Shown here one piece after another: positions 1 through 9,122 of a stretch of 64,000 nucleotides of DNA. Numbering within the stretch: the stretch's first letter is position 1; each line of letters starts with the position of its first letter. The translations under genes and the position numbers were made by a program. The notes under the pieces are model-generated. The model was not told the DNA's origin, ran no database searches, and saw only the letters and a program-made list of their open reading frames with translations. Source of the DNA: Patescibacteria group bacterium (GTDB taxonomy: Bacteria; Patescibacteriota; Patescibacteriia; UBA11705; JABHMO01); NCBI GenBank assembly GCA_018818405.1, contig JAHIRY010000017.1, forward strand, positions 7,563-71,562. The letters are read 5' to 3'.

Positions 1-11
1 ATTGATTGAGT

Positions 12-362
12 ATGACGATTTTTCAAATTATAATTCTCATTTTGATCGCGATCGTTTGTTTCAAAGCGGTGAGAAAGCTATTGAAAAAGGAAATTTCTTT
101 TTTGCTGTTCGCTTCATGGATCGGATTGTGGCTGATTGTCGCTTTGATCGCGATCTTTCCCTCCATTGTCAATCGGCTGGCTGATTTTGTCGGCATCGGC
201 CGCGGAGTTGATCTGATTATTTATCTTTCGATAATTTCCTTGTTCTATATGCTGTTCAAAATAAATTTGCGCCAGAATAAAATCGAAAAAAATATTTCCG
301 AATTGGTGAGAAAGATCGCCATGGAAAATTATCATGACGGGAAAACAAAAGATGATGTATGA
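12..362 (+). CDS. DUF2304-family small membrane protein
   Basis: Three hydrophobic segments and a GIGRGVDLIIY motif; sits directly upstream of a GT2 gene, the usual context. ATG at 12. Confidence 0.8.
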   Translation: MTIFQIIILILIAIVCFKAVRKLLKKEISFLLFASWIGLWLIVALIAIFPSIVNRLADFVGIGRGVDLIIYLSIISLFYMLFKINLRQNKIEKNISELVRKIAMENYHDGKTKDDV

Positions 363-1435
363 AAAAAGTCGGAGTCATATTGATAAATTTCAAGGATTAT
401 GCCAATAGATTTTTGCCCGATTGCCGCGAAAGTCTGATCAGCCAGAGTTATCCCGCGGAAATGACGCGGGTTTATATTGTTGACAATGCTTCCACCGAAG
501 AATCGCGAAAATTTTTGAAAGAAACTTTTTCCTCGGCCGCGGTAATTCCTCGCGCTGATGGAAATTATTCAGCCGGAAACAACGCGGGAATCAAAAAAGC
601 GGCGGAAGAAGGATGTGAATTGTTTGTCATCGCGAACATGGATGTTGTTTATGACAAAGATTGGTTGAGAGAACTTGTTTCAGCGGTTGAATCCGATGAA
701 GAGATCGGTATTGCGCAATCAAAGATTTTGCTTTTTCCAAAAAATAATGAAGAAAAAAAAGATCCGTTGATCAATACGCTCGGCAATGTGATTCATTTCC
801 TCGGATTCGGCTATACTTCCGGCTATGGAAAAAAGAATTCCGAAGCTGCCATTGATAAAATAAAAAAAATCAGCGGTTATGCCAGCGGTTGTTCATTGAT
901 TGTAAAAAAAGAAGTGCTGGACAAAATCGGAAATTACAATGAAGAATATTACATGTATCATGATGATGTGGAGCTTTGTTCCAGGGCAAAGCTGGCGGGC
1001 TATGAAATCGCGCTCGCGCCCGCGTCAGTCATTTTTCACAAATATGAATTTTCCCGCAGTGTCAGAATGGCGTATTTTATGGAAAGAAATCGTTATGTCG
1101 CGGTTTTTTCATTTTATGCGATTCCAACGCTTTTTCTTATTATGCCGGCGCTGGCTTGCATGGAATTTGGATTGCTCGGCTATTCATTGAAAAACGGATT
1201 GCTGGGACAAAAATTCAAAGTTTACCGTTATTTTCTGTTAAAAAAAACTTGGTTGCAAATTCATGAAACAAGAAAGCAAATCAATAAATACAGAAAATTG
1301 CCGGAAAAAGAATTTGTTTCCGAATATTCCGGAAAAATATTATTTCAGGAAATCGACAATTTTATCTTGCGTTATTTTGTGAATCCCATATTTAACGCGT
1401 ATTGGCAAGTGGTAAAAAAAATAATTTATTGGTAA
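359..1435 (+). CDS. Glycosyltransferase family 2
   Basis: IVDNASTE, GNYSAGNNAG, ANMD, YMYHDDVELC..R motifs. Confidence 0.9.
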   Translation: MKKVGVILINFKDYANRFLPDCRESLISQSYPAEMTRVYIVDNASTEESRKFLKETFSSAAVIPRADGNYSAGNNAGIKKAAEEGCELFVIANMDVVYDKDWLRELVSAVESDEEIGIAQSKILLFPKNNEEKKDPLINTLGNVIHFLGFGYTSGYGKKNSEAAIDKIKKISGYASGCSLIVKKEVLDKIGNYNEEYYMYHDDVELCSRAKLAGYEIALAPASVIFHKYEFSRSVRMAYFMERNRYVAVFSFYAIPTLFLIMPALACMEFGLLGYSLKNGLLGQKFKVYRYFLLKKTWLQIHETRKQINKYRKLPEKEFVSEYSGKILFQEIDNFILRYFVNPIFNAYWQVVKKIIYW

Positions 1436-1458
1436 GATATTTTAGTTAAACAAACCTT

Positions 1459-2013
1459 ATGAAAAAGAAATTAATTTGGGCGATTTTAGCGGTTTTGATT
1501 GTGGGCGGTCTGGTATATTTCAAAGTTTATTATCCGAATTCCCAATTGCAATTAAAAAACGCGATGAAACACGTCGACGCTTTTGCAGTGGAAAATTATT
1601 TTAATTCCGAAGAAAAAAGCTGCGGAATTTGGTACGAGAGCTATACGGAGGCTGAAACCAAAAACGGCAGAGACAATCAAGCGGTCAAAGATTGCTTTAT
1701 CAAAGCTTTTAGCGGCTGTAGCCGCCGCAGTGTTCTGATCGTGTCCGACAAAAGCCAAACAGCTGAAAGCAAAATCACTTATTCCTTGATTCGCATAATC
1801 AATGATAATGATCGCGGAGAATGCATTGTTCAAAATTCTTATGAGGAACAAAATTTGAATGAACCGAAAAATGAATTGCCGGTCGGATATGTCAATACTT
1901 GCACCGCGTTGAGCGAAGATCTTATTTCCAGCTGCGAGCCGATTTATATCAAGGATGCCAGGGAAAAAGAATCTGAGCCTGAATCGGAAGAAGTTTCGCC
2001 TGAAAATCAATAG
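1459..2013 (+). CDS. Membrane-anchored Cys-containing hypothetical protein
   Basis: N-terminal basic + hydrophobic anchor, six Cys, operonic spacing. Confidence 0.7.
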   Translation: MKKKLIWAILAVLIVGGLVYFKVYYPNSQLQLKNAMKHVDAFAVENYFNSEEKSCGIWYESYTEAETKNGRDNQAVKDCFIKAFSGCSRRSVLIVSDKSQTAESKITYSLIRIINDNDRGECIVQNSYEEQNLNEPKNELPVGYVNTCTALSEDLISSCEPIYIKDAREKESEPESEEVSPENQ

Positions 2014-2022
2014 AATAAAAAT

Positions 2023-3156
2023 ATGAAAATCGCACAAATAGTTTGCGTCCTGCCGCCGAAAGGAGGAATCGGCATGGTTGCGCACGCCTATTCCGAACAA
2101 TTGGTGGAGCGCGGACATGATGTCACCGTTTTTATTCCGGAGGAAAAGAATGGCGCGCCAAATGGAATGAAATACAAAATAAAGCAGCTCCGACCGTGTT
2201 TTCGAGCCGGACACGCCGCTTTACTGCCTCAATTTCTCTGGCGGTTAAAAGATTTTGACATTGTTCATTTGCATTTCCCGTTTTTCGGCGCCGCTTTATT
2301 TGTCGCTCTGGCAAAGAAATTCAAAAAGGACAAAATGAAGCTGGTTTTGAGCTATCACATGGATGTGGAGTTCAAAGGATTGCGCGGTTTGTATTGCAAA
2401 TTGTATTGGCGCTATTTTGTTCCGTTTATACTCGATCAAGCGGACAAAATAATCGTTTCTTCCGACGATTACATAGAAAGTTCCGATATTCAAGAATATT
2501 ATTTCAAAAATATAAATAAGTTTGTCGAACTTCCGTTTGGAGTGCCGAAAAAATATCATCCGGAAAAAAAGAACGAAGATCTTTTGCAAAAATACGGATT
2601 GCAAAGTTCTGACAAAATAATCGGATTTGTCGGCGGACTTGATTCGGCTCATTATTTCAAAGGCGTGAATTTCCTGATAAAAGCCATTTCTCTTCTGCCT
2701 GATGAATCAATCAAAGCCTTGGTCGTGGGACGCGGAAATTTGAAACAGGAATATGAAAAATTGGCAAAGGAAATGGGATTGGAATCGCGCGTGAGATTTG
2801 CCGATTCGGTTGAAAGCGCTGATTTGCCTGCGCATTACAATTTGTTTGATTATTTTGTTCTGCCGTCAATCAATAAGTCGGAAGCATTTGGCATTGTTCT
2901 TCTCGAAGCCATGGCTTGCGGCAAGCCGCTGATAGCATCATATTTGAAAGGCGTGCGTTCAGTGGTTGATCAGGGCATAAACGGACTAATGGTGGAACCG
3001 AAAAACAGCAAGGATATTGCGGATAAAATTTCATTTCTCATCAATAATCCGGAAAACGCGCGAAATTTCGGCGAGCGCGGAGTGAAAACCGTCGAAGAAA
3101 AATATCGCTGGTCAAAGATCGCGGCCAAGCTCGAGGAAATTTATAAAAAGTTGTAA
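2023..3156 (+). CDS. Glycosyltransferase family 4 (GT-B)
   Basis: GGIG, GHDVTVF, KG..FLI, EAFGIVLLEAMACGKP motifs. Confidence 0.93.
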   Translation: MKIAQIVCVLPPKGGIGMVAHAYSEQLVERGHDVTVFIPEEKNGAPNGMKYKIKQLRPCFRAGHAALLPQFLWRLKDFDIVHLHFPFFGAALFVALAKKFKKDKMKLVLSYHMDVEFKGLRGLYCKLYWRYFVPFILDQADKIIVSSDDYIESSDIQEYYFKNINKFVELPFGVPKKYHPEKKNEDLLQKYGLQSSDKIIGFVGGLDSAHYFKGVNFLIKAISLLPDESIKALVVGRGNLKQEYEKLAKEMGLESRVRFADSVESADLPAHYNLFDYFVLPSINKSEAFGIVLLEAMACGKPLIASYLKGVRSVVDQGINGLMVEPKNSKDIADKISFLINNPENARNFGERGVKTVEEKYRWSKIAAKLEEIYKKL

Positions 3157-3159
3157 AAA

Positions 3160-4323
3160 ATGAAAATCTGCCTCATCAGCAATTTGTACGCGCCGCATTC
3201 CCGCGGAGGAGCGGAAAAAGTCGCGGAATCAATGGCTCGCGGTTTGCGCTCCGCCGGGCAAGATGTTTTCGTAATTTCCACCAAACCGCAATTCGGATTT
3301 AAAAAAGAAATTCTCAATAATATTCCCATATATAGATTCAAACCGTTGAATCTTTTTTATTACTTGAATGATTTTAAACATAACGCGGTTGTTCGTTTGT
3401 TTTGGCATTTTATTGATATGTTCAATATGCATTCCGCATTTGTTGTCAATAAAACATTGAAAAAAGAAAAACCGGATTTTATCATCACGCACAACTTAAA
3501 AGGAATCGGATTGCTGATTCCTCTGATTGTAAAAAAAATAAAAATCAAACATTTGCATATTTTGCATGATGTTCAGCTTTCCGTTCCGTCCGGATTGATA
3601 ATAAAAGGAAATGAAAAAAGTTTTGTGGTTAACGGTCTGCCGACAAAAATTTATGAATTTTTGTGCAAAAAGTTATTCGATTCTCCCGAGTCGGTTGTTT
3701 CTCCGTCGCAATGGCTGATGGATTTTTATGTTGATAAAGGTTTTTTCTTGAATTCGAAAAAAACAATTCTGCGCAATCCGATTGATTTCATTTCCCATGA
3801 ACAAACAAGAATGCGAACAAACAAATTCCTGTTTGCCGGCCAGCTGGAAAAACACAAGGGAATTGAATGGCTGATCGACATTTGGCAAAAAAATAACATT
3901 GCTTCCGAATTGCTGGTCGCCGGAAACGGCAGTTGGTCAGCTGATATTAAAAATGAAAAAATAAAATTTCTCGGCAAATTGAATCAATCGGAATTAAACG
4001 AAGCTTTGGCTCAATCGGATTTTCTTATTTTGCCATCGCTTTGTTATGAGAATTCTCCGACAATTATTCCCATCTCATACGCCAATTCCACGCCGGTTAT
4101 AGCCGCTGATATCGGCGGAACAGCCGAACTTGTTGACGAGGGGAAAACCGGATTCATCTTTACGGCGGGGGACAGTGATTCGTTTTTGAACGCGTTTTCT
4201 CGAGCGAGATCTCTTTCACCGGAAGAGCTGACATTGATGAAAAAAAATAGTTTTGAAAAATCAGCTGATTATGATTTTAAAAAATATATCGCAATTATTT
4301 TAAATCTGCTAAAATGTAATTAG
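3160..4323 (+). CDS. Glycosyltransferase family 4 (GT-B)
   Basis: GGAE, FAGQLEKHKG, PSLCYENSP, PVIAADIGGTAE motifs. Confidence 0.9.
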   Translation: MKICLISNLYAPHSRGGAEKVAESMARGLRSAGQDVFVISTKPQFGFKKEILNNIPIYRFKPLNLFYYLNDFKHNAVVRLFWHFIDMFNMHSAFVVNKTLKKEKPDFIITHNLKGIGLLIPLIVKKIKIKHLHILHDVQLSVPSGLIIKGNEKSFVVNGLPTKIYEFLCKKLFDSPESVVSPSQWLMDFYVDKGFFLNSKKTILRNPIDFISHEQTRMRTNKFLFAGQLEKHKGIEWLIDIWQKNNIASELLVAGNGSWSADIKNEKIKFLGKLNQSELNEALAQSDFLILPSLCYENSPTIIPISYANSTPVIAADIGGTAELVDEGKTGFIFTAGDSDSFLNAFSRARSLSPEELTLMKKNSFEKSADYDFKKYIAIILNLLKCN

Positions 4324-4387
4324 AAATTGTGAAAATTTTTAGGTTTAATGATTTTATCCTTTATTTACTTTAAAAATAAAAACGAAC

Positions 4388-6928
4388 ATGCAAAAGATCA
4401 AAAAAACATTGAGAATTATTTTTAGCCGAGAATTTTGGATAGATAATCGCCGCAATATTTTTGTCGGGATTGGTATTTCTCTTGTAGGATTATTTCTTAT
4501 CGCCGGAATTATTTTTGTAGTGTATTCAAGTTTGTTTACGGAGAAAAGCAATGAACAGACAGCCGTTGAAGCCATTTCGACCGGCGGTCCGAAACTTCTT
4601 TTTCTCGGTCTCGATGGCGCGAATTGGCCGTATGTCGAAGAATTGATCGCCAAAGGACAAATGCCGAATTTCAAAAAATTGCTTGATAACGGAACCATGG
4701 GGCGGGTTAAAACATTCAATCCGCCGGTTTCTCCTCCTCAATGGACATCGGTTGCCACAGGGAAACTGCCGGCGAAACACGGGATCACCAATTTCGTTTC
4801 CACTGCCAATGGCTACAATGAATACGCGCTGGTCGGTTCCAATGACAGGCATGTAAAAGCAATGTGGAATATATTTGAAGAAAAAGGATTTAAAGTCGGT
4901 TTGCTCGGCTGGAACGCTACTTATCCTGTTGAAATGAAAACCGGCTATACTGTTTCAGATATAGCGATCGTCAATCCGAGCAAAGGAATTGAACCGGAAT
5001 CATTGCGCAATGGAATTATTGCCAACACAGCAAAAACTCTCGGTTTTACCACTTTTGCGCAGGGCGTTTCGCTGGACATTCCGGATGCGAAAGATATTAA
5101 TGATGCGGCATATTTCGAGGCTTCGCACAAGAAATTCACTCTTTTCAATGATTTGTTCAACAGTAACAGTTTGTATGCGTTCAAAAAAGAAATGCCCGAT
5201 ATATTGTTTCAAGACGACGGCGTCCTAGACGGAACTCAGCATATTTTCCTGAAATTCAAACGCCCGCAAGAATTCAAAGAATATATTGATCCTGAATTGC
5301 AAGAAAAATACGGCGATTTCGTGGATGAAGTTTATCGCTCAAAAGATAAACTGCTGGGAGAATTCATGAAGCTGTCTACGCCGGATACTCATATCATTGT
5401 ATTTGCGGATTCCGGTTTTTTCGTTGATCCCGTTTCCGGCTGGCGGTTTGATCGCTTGGATATAATTTTGGAAATGATCGGATTGTTGAAAAGAGATGAT
5501 GCGGGAAATATTGATTATTCTCAAACAATCGCTTATGAATGCGGCAATAATGATTTTGATTGGGATCGGCAGTTGTGCATAAATTTGCAAGGCAGGCAAC
5601 CCGAAGGAATTGTTCCGCAGAAAGATTATGACAAAACGGTAAACCAAAATATCGGCAAACTTGAAGCATTGAAAACCACTGACGGCGAAGGATTATTCAA
5701 TTCAATAGGAGAGGCTTTCACTGTCAATGGCGATGTCAGGTATGAAATTAAAAGATCGGTTGTGGACAAAACAGTAATTATAAATAATAAAGAATATCCG
5801 ATAAAAAAGTTTTTAACTTTATCAATAGAATCGGGCGCGCATTATGCCGATCCCGAAGGTCCTCCGGGATTTTTCATCTGGTCCGGTCCGAATATTCGCA
5901 AAGGAAATGTGATCGAAAATATGAGATACATTGATTTTGCGCCGAACATTCTTCATTCTCTCGGTTATCCGATCGGCAGTGACATGGATGGGAAATACAT
6001 TGATCTTTTATATGAGAATCCGACCGAACCGGCGTATATTCCCACATATGAAAACAATCCGAATATCATCAGTCCGATAAATAATGAAATGTTGAGAAGC
6101 AGAGACAATGAAATAGTTCAGGACAATAAGGCGACAATTTTTACCGAGGCCAATCAAACGGACAAATACAAACAATTCTGTTTTCAGTTGGGCAATAAAA
6201 ATACCGCGGTGCAAGTGGATAAAATATTCAAAGTGAATGATCCTGTCGCTTCGATTGCCACATTGCCAAACAATAAATTCGAGCCCATCGATTTTATCAA
6301 AGTTAAGAGAATCTCCGAATTGGAGAAACTTTCAACGACCGTTTTTTTGCCGAAAAATTTTGACATGGGAATAGTAACAGATAAAAGTTTTAATATTTTG
6401 GGATCTCTGGAAATAAATAAACCGACGGAAATGGGAATCTGGACGAATACATCCTTTAATCTAAATTCTCCCGGCAAAGGCGTTTTTCGCCTGATCGCCA
6501 GAGGAATAAGCATGGATGGAGTTTTCCCCATATTGGAATTTTCTCAATCCAGCGGCGTAATTGCCCGGGTAATCATTAATTCAAATGATTATCAACCTTA
6601 TGATGTGATAATTCCAGATGCGGGAAATGTTAAAATCTCATATGTTAATGACGAGTTTAATGACAAGGAAGACAGAAATTTATATATACAAATGATAAAG
6701 TTTTCCGCCAATAATATGTTTGAACCGGCGGAAGACATGGAATTTTTCATGCAGAATGATAATTTGTGTTTTTACAATAGAAATAAAGGTGTTTTCAGAC
6801 TGGAACTTTCATTGGTTCCGCAAAATCAGCCTTCTGAAACGCAGGTTGATCAGGATATCCAAAAAGCGCTTGAATTTTTGCAGACAACCGGTGAAATTAA
6901 TGACACCTCGCCGGAGCCGGCTCCGTAA
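4388..6928 (+). CDS. Membrane-anchored alkaline phosphatase superfamily (type I phosphodiesterase/NPP-like) protein with C-terminal carbohydrate-binding-like domain, copy 1
   Basis: TM helix, LGLDGANW, PPVSPPQWTSVATGK.P.KHGI, INLQGRQPEGIV, SGAH, IDFAPNIL; DRNLYI motif near the C-terminus. Confidence 0.85.
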   Translation: MQKIKKTLRIIFSREFWIDNRRNIFVGIGISLVGLFLIAGIIFVVYSSLFTEKSNEQTAVEAISTGGPKLLFLGLDGANWPYVEELIAKGQMPNFKKLLDNGTMGRVKTFNPPVSPPQWTSVATGKLPAKHGITNFVSTANGYNEYALVGSNDRHVKAMWNIFEEKGFKVGLLGWNATYPVEMKTGYTVSDIAIVNPSKGIEPESLRNGIIANTAKTLGFTTFAQGVSLDIPDAKDINDAAYFEASHKKFTLFNDLFNSNSLYAFKKEMPDILFQDDGVLDGTQHIFLKFKRPQEFKEYIDPELQEKYGDFVDEVYRSKDKLLGEFMKLSTPDTHIIVFADSGFFVDPVSGWRFDRLDIILEMIGLLKRDDAGNIDYSQTIAYECGNNDFDWDRQLCINLQGRQPEGIVPQKDYDKTVNQNIGKLEALKTTDGEGLFNSIGEAFTVNGDVRYEIKRSVVDKTVIINNKEYPIKKFLTLSIESGAHYADPEGPPGFFIWSGPNIRKGNVIENMRYIDFAPNILHSLGYPIGSDMDGKYIDLLYENPTEPAYIPTYENNPNIISPINNEMLRSRDNEIVQDNKATIFTEANQTDKYKQFCFQLGNKNTAVQVDKIFKVNDPVASIATLPNNKFEPIDFIKVKRISELEKLSTTVFLPKNFDMGIVTDKSFNILGSLEINKPTEMGIWTNTSFNLNSPGKGVFRLIARGISMDGVFPILEFSQSSGVIARVIINSNDYQPYDVIIPDAGNVKISYVNDEFNDKEDRNLYIQMIKFSANNMFEPAEDMEFFMQNDNLCFYNRNKGVFRLELSLVPQNQPSETQVDQDIQKALEFLQTTGEINDTSPEPAP

Positions 6929-6985
6929 ACGGTTTTGCCAAACAATATTGTTGAAATATTCAAACCAAACATAATACCAACGAAT

Positions 6986-7441
6986 ATGAAGCTGGATAAA
7001 TATGCCAAACGGAGAAATTTTTCAAAAACAACGGAACCTTTGCCCAAAATTAAAACCGGGAAAAAAGAAAAATTGATTTTTGTGATTCATCGTCATGCGG
7101 CGACCCATCTGCATTATGATTTGCGGTTGGAATGGAAGGGAACTCTCATGTCATGGGCTGTTCCGAAACAGCCGGCAAACAAAATCAATGAAAAACGGCT
7201 GGCTGTCAGAGTGGAAGATCATCCGATCGATTATGCCGGTTTTGAAGGAACGATTCCCGCGGGCGAATACGGCGCCGGCAAAGTGAAAATTTGGGACAAG
7301 GGCTGCTGGATTCCTGAAAGCGTAAAAAAAGATAAAATCGTATTTGAATTGGCAGGAAAAAAATTAAAAGGAAAATTCGCGCTGATAAAGTTCAAAAATC
7401 AGCCGAAGAATTGGTTGTTCTTCAAAGCTAAATCCGATTAA
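6986..7441 (+). CDS. Stand-alone LigD 3'-phosphoesterase (PE) domain protein
   Basis: Y..RRNFSKTTEP, FVIHRHAATHLHYDLRLE, SWAVPK, RLAVRVEDHP..Y..FEG.IP.GEYGAG.V.IWD.G. ATG 6986 is the likely start. Confidence 0.92.
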   Translation: MKLDKYAKRRNFSKTTEPLPKIKTGKKEKLIFVIHRHAATHLHYDLRLEWKGTLMSWAVPKQPANKINEKRLAVRVEDHPIDYAGFEGTIPAGEYGAGKVKIWDKGCWIPESVKKDKIVFELAGKKLKGKFALIKFKNQPKNWLFFKAKSD

Positions 7442-7477
7442 AAAGTTTTTGACTCTTATAAAATAAAAACAAAAATT

Positions 7478-9082
7478 ATGAGGCTTGTATTAAAATTAAT
7501 CGCATTTGTTATTGCGATAATAGTCGGTTTTATATTGCTCTTCCTTCTGCTGGTTTTTCTTAATTACAAGTTTAATATCTGGCCGCCGAGTTGCTCCATG
7601 CTGCCGCCGATATCTCAGGCAAAGCGCGTTTGCGAATTTTCAAAGCTGGACAAAGCCAAAGTCGGAACGCAGACAAATGTTCGTTTTGAAGTTTCAGTTC
7701 CGGCGAATACCAATCTGTCGGACAAAATTTATTTGAACATTGCCGGAGAAAATTCCGTTCAAATGGAAAAGACTGCGGATTATTTGTATTCAGCATCAAT
7801 TCCGACGGTTGTCGGAAAAAATCTGACATATTCCTTCTCCAGAAATTCGGAAAGTTCCCGAAGCGAGGAAAAACAATTATCAGTGACGCGGACAAAGAAA
7901 AATGATGTTTTTGATTTTGTTTCTTCCTGGAGCGATTCGAAGCAATCGGCGGCTCTTCCCGCAAAAAAAATCGTGATGATGATGGACACTTGGACAATCA
8001 ATTATAATTTCAATTTGCTCGAAGATACGCGGCATAATATTGATAGTTCAATGAAGCGAATCAAAGCGATGGGCGGAAATCAAATGGATGTTTTTTCTTT
8101 TGTTGAAGTTCTGGGAAATGAAGATTTCTTTTTTCTGGATGAAGTGAAGTCGCCGTTCAAATACATGCGCGATGCGGCAATTACTGAAAAAGACATGAAA
8201 AAATTGGCGGAAACCGGAAAAGAATACGGATTGAATGTGGTTTTGCATTTCAATACCGAAGCTGATTACACTCAATTTTTCAATATGTGGTCACTGAGTT
8301 CTGCGGGCATGGGAGTCGGCGGAGCGGACGCGCACAGTCGCGCGGCAACAAAATTGGGAATAACAAAACCGAAAACAAAAGAATGGATAGATATGTGGTT
8401 CAACGGAATGGAAGATGTTCTGTTGAAATGGGGAGCAAGCGCGGAAAAGGCCGGAATTTACGGAATTGATATAACGCCTCGCTACATGATTCCCAATTTC
8501 GCGCCCGAAGAAAAATACGCTAACCAAAGATATCGGGATTTGATTACCAAACTGCGGCGGGTTTACCATGGAAAAATTTTCGGCTCGAATTTTTCATATT
8601 GGGGCGGAATTTCAAATGAATACATTCCGGAATATGCCAAGGATCTTGACGGCGTTTATATTTATTTCCAATACATAAATGTTCGCGAAAACGCGAGCGC
8701 CGCGGAAATGAAGTCAGCTTATTCAAGTTCTTTCAACCGGCTTGATGCCGAACTGAACGGATTGGACAAAGAATTTTATCTGGTAATGAATCAACCGAGC
8801 TATAAAGGTTCCACCAGCGGAAAATCAAATTTTGAATTCAATGATTATGCGGAAAATTTGGCAAGGGGATATGTCGCGGACTGGAATGAACAAGCGCGGG
8901 CTTATGAAGCTTTTTTTCAATCGTTAAACGGCAGAAAAGGCTGGGCGGGCGTTGCCACTGAAGGATATTGGTATGATGATCTGATGGATCCTGATTACGC
9001 TGATCCGCTGATAAGCATGCATCCGTCGATCCGCAACAAACCGGCGGAAGCGGTCTGGAAGAAATGGATTATAGTGAAATAA
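7478..9082 (+). CDS. Membrane-anchored GH113-like TIM-barrel protein with CBM20-like N-terminal domain
   Basis: VRFEVSVPANT..DKIYL (starch-binding-like), DWNEQARAYEAFF, SIRNKPAEAVWKKW. Confidence 0.65.
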   Translation: MRLVLKLIAFVIAIIVGFILLFLLLVFLNYKFNIWPPSCSMLPPISQAKRVCEFSKLDKAKVGTQTNVRFEVSVPANTNLSDKIYLNIAGENSVQMEKTADYLYSASIPTVVGKNLTYSFSRNSESSRSEEKQLSVTRTKKNDVFDFVSSWSDSKQSAALPAKKIVMMMDTWTINYNFNLLEDTRHNIDSSMKRIKAMGGNQMDVFSFVEVLGNEDFFFLDEVKSPFKYMRDAAITEKDMKKLAETGKEYGLNVVLHFNTEADYTQFFNMWSLSSAGMGVGGADAHSRAATKLGITKPKTKEWIDMWFNGMEDVLLKWGASAEKAGIYGIDITPRYMIPNFAPEEKYANQRYRDLITKLRRVYHGKIFGSNFSYWGGISNEYIPEYAKDLDGVYIYFQYINVRENASAAEMKSAYSSSFNRLDAELNGLDKEFYLVMNQPSYKGSTSGKSNFEFNDYAENLARGYVADWNEQARAYEAFFQSLNGRKGWAGVATEGYWYDDLMDPDYADPLISMHPSIRNKPAEAVWKKWIIVK

Positions 9083-9122
9083 ATTATTAAAAGATTAATT
9101 TTTCTCATAATAAATAAATAAA

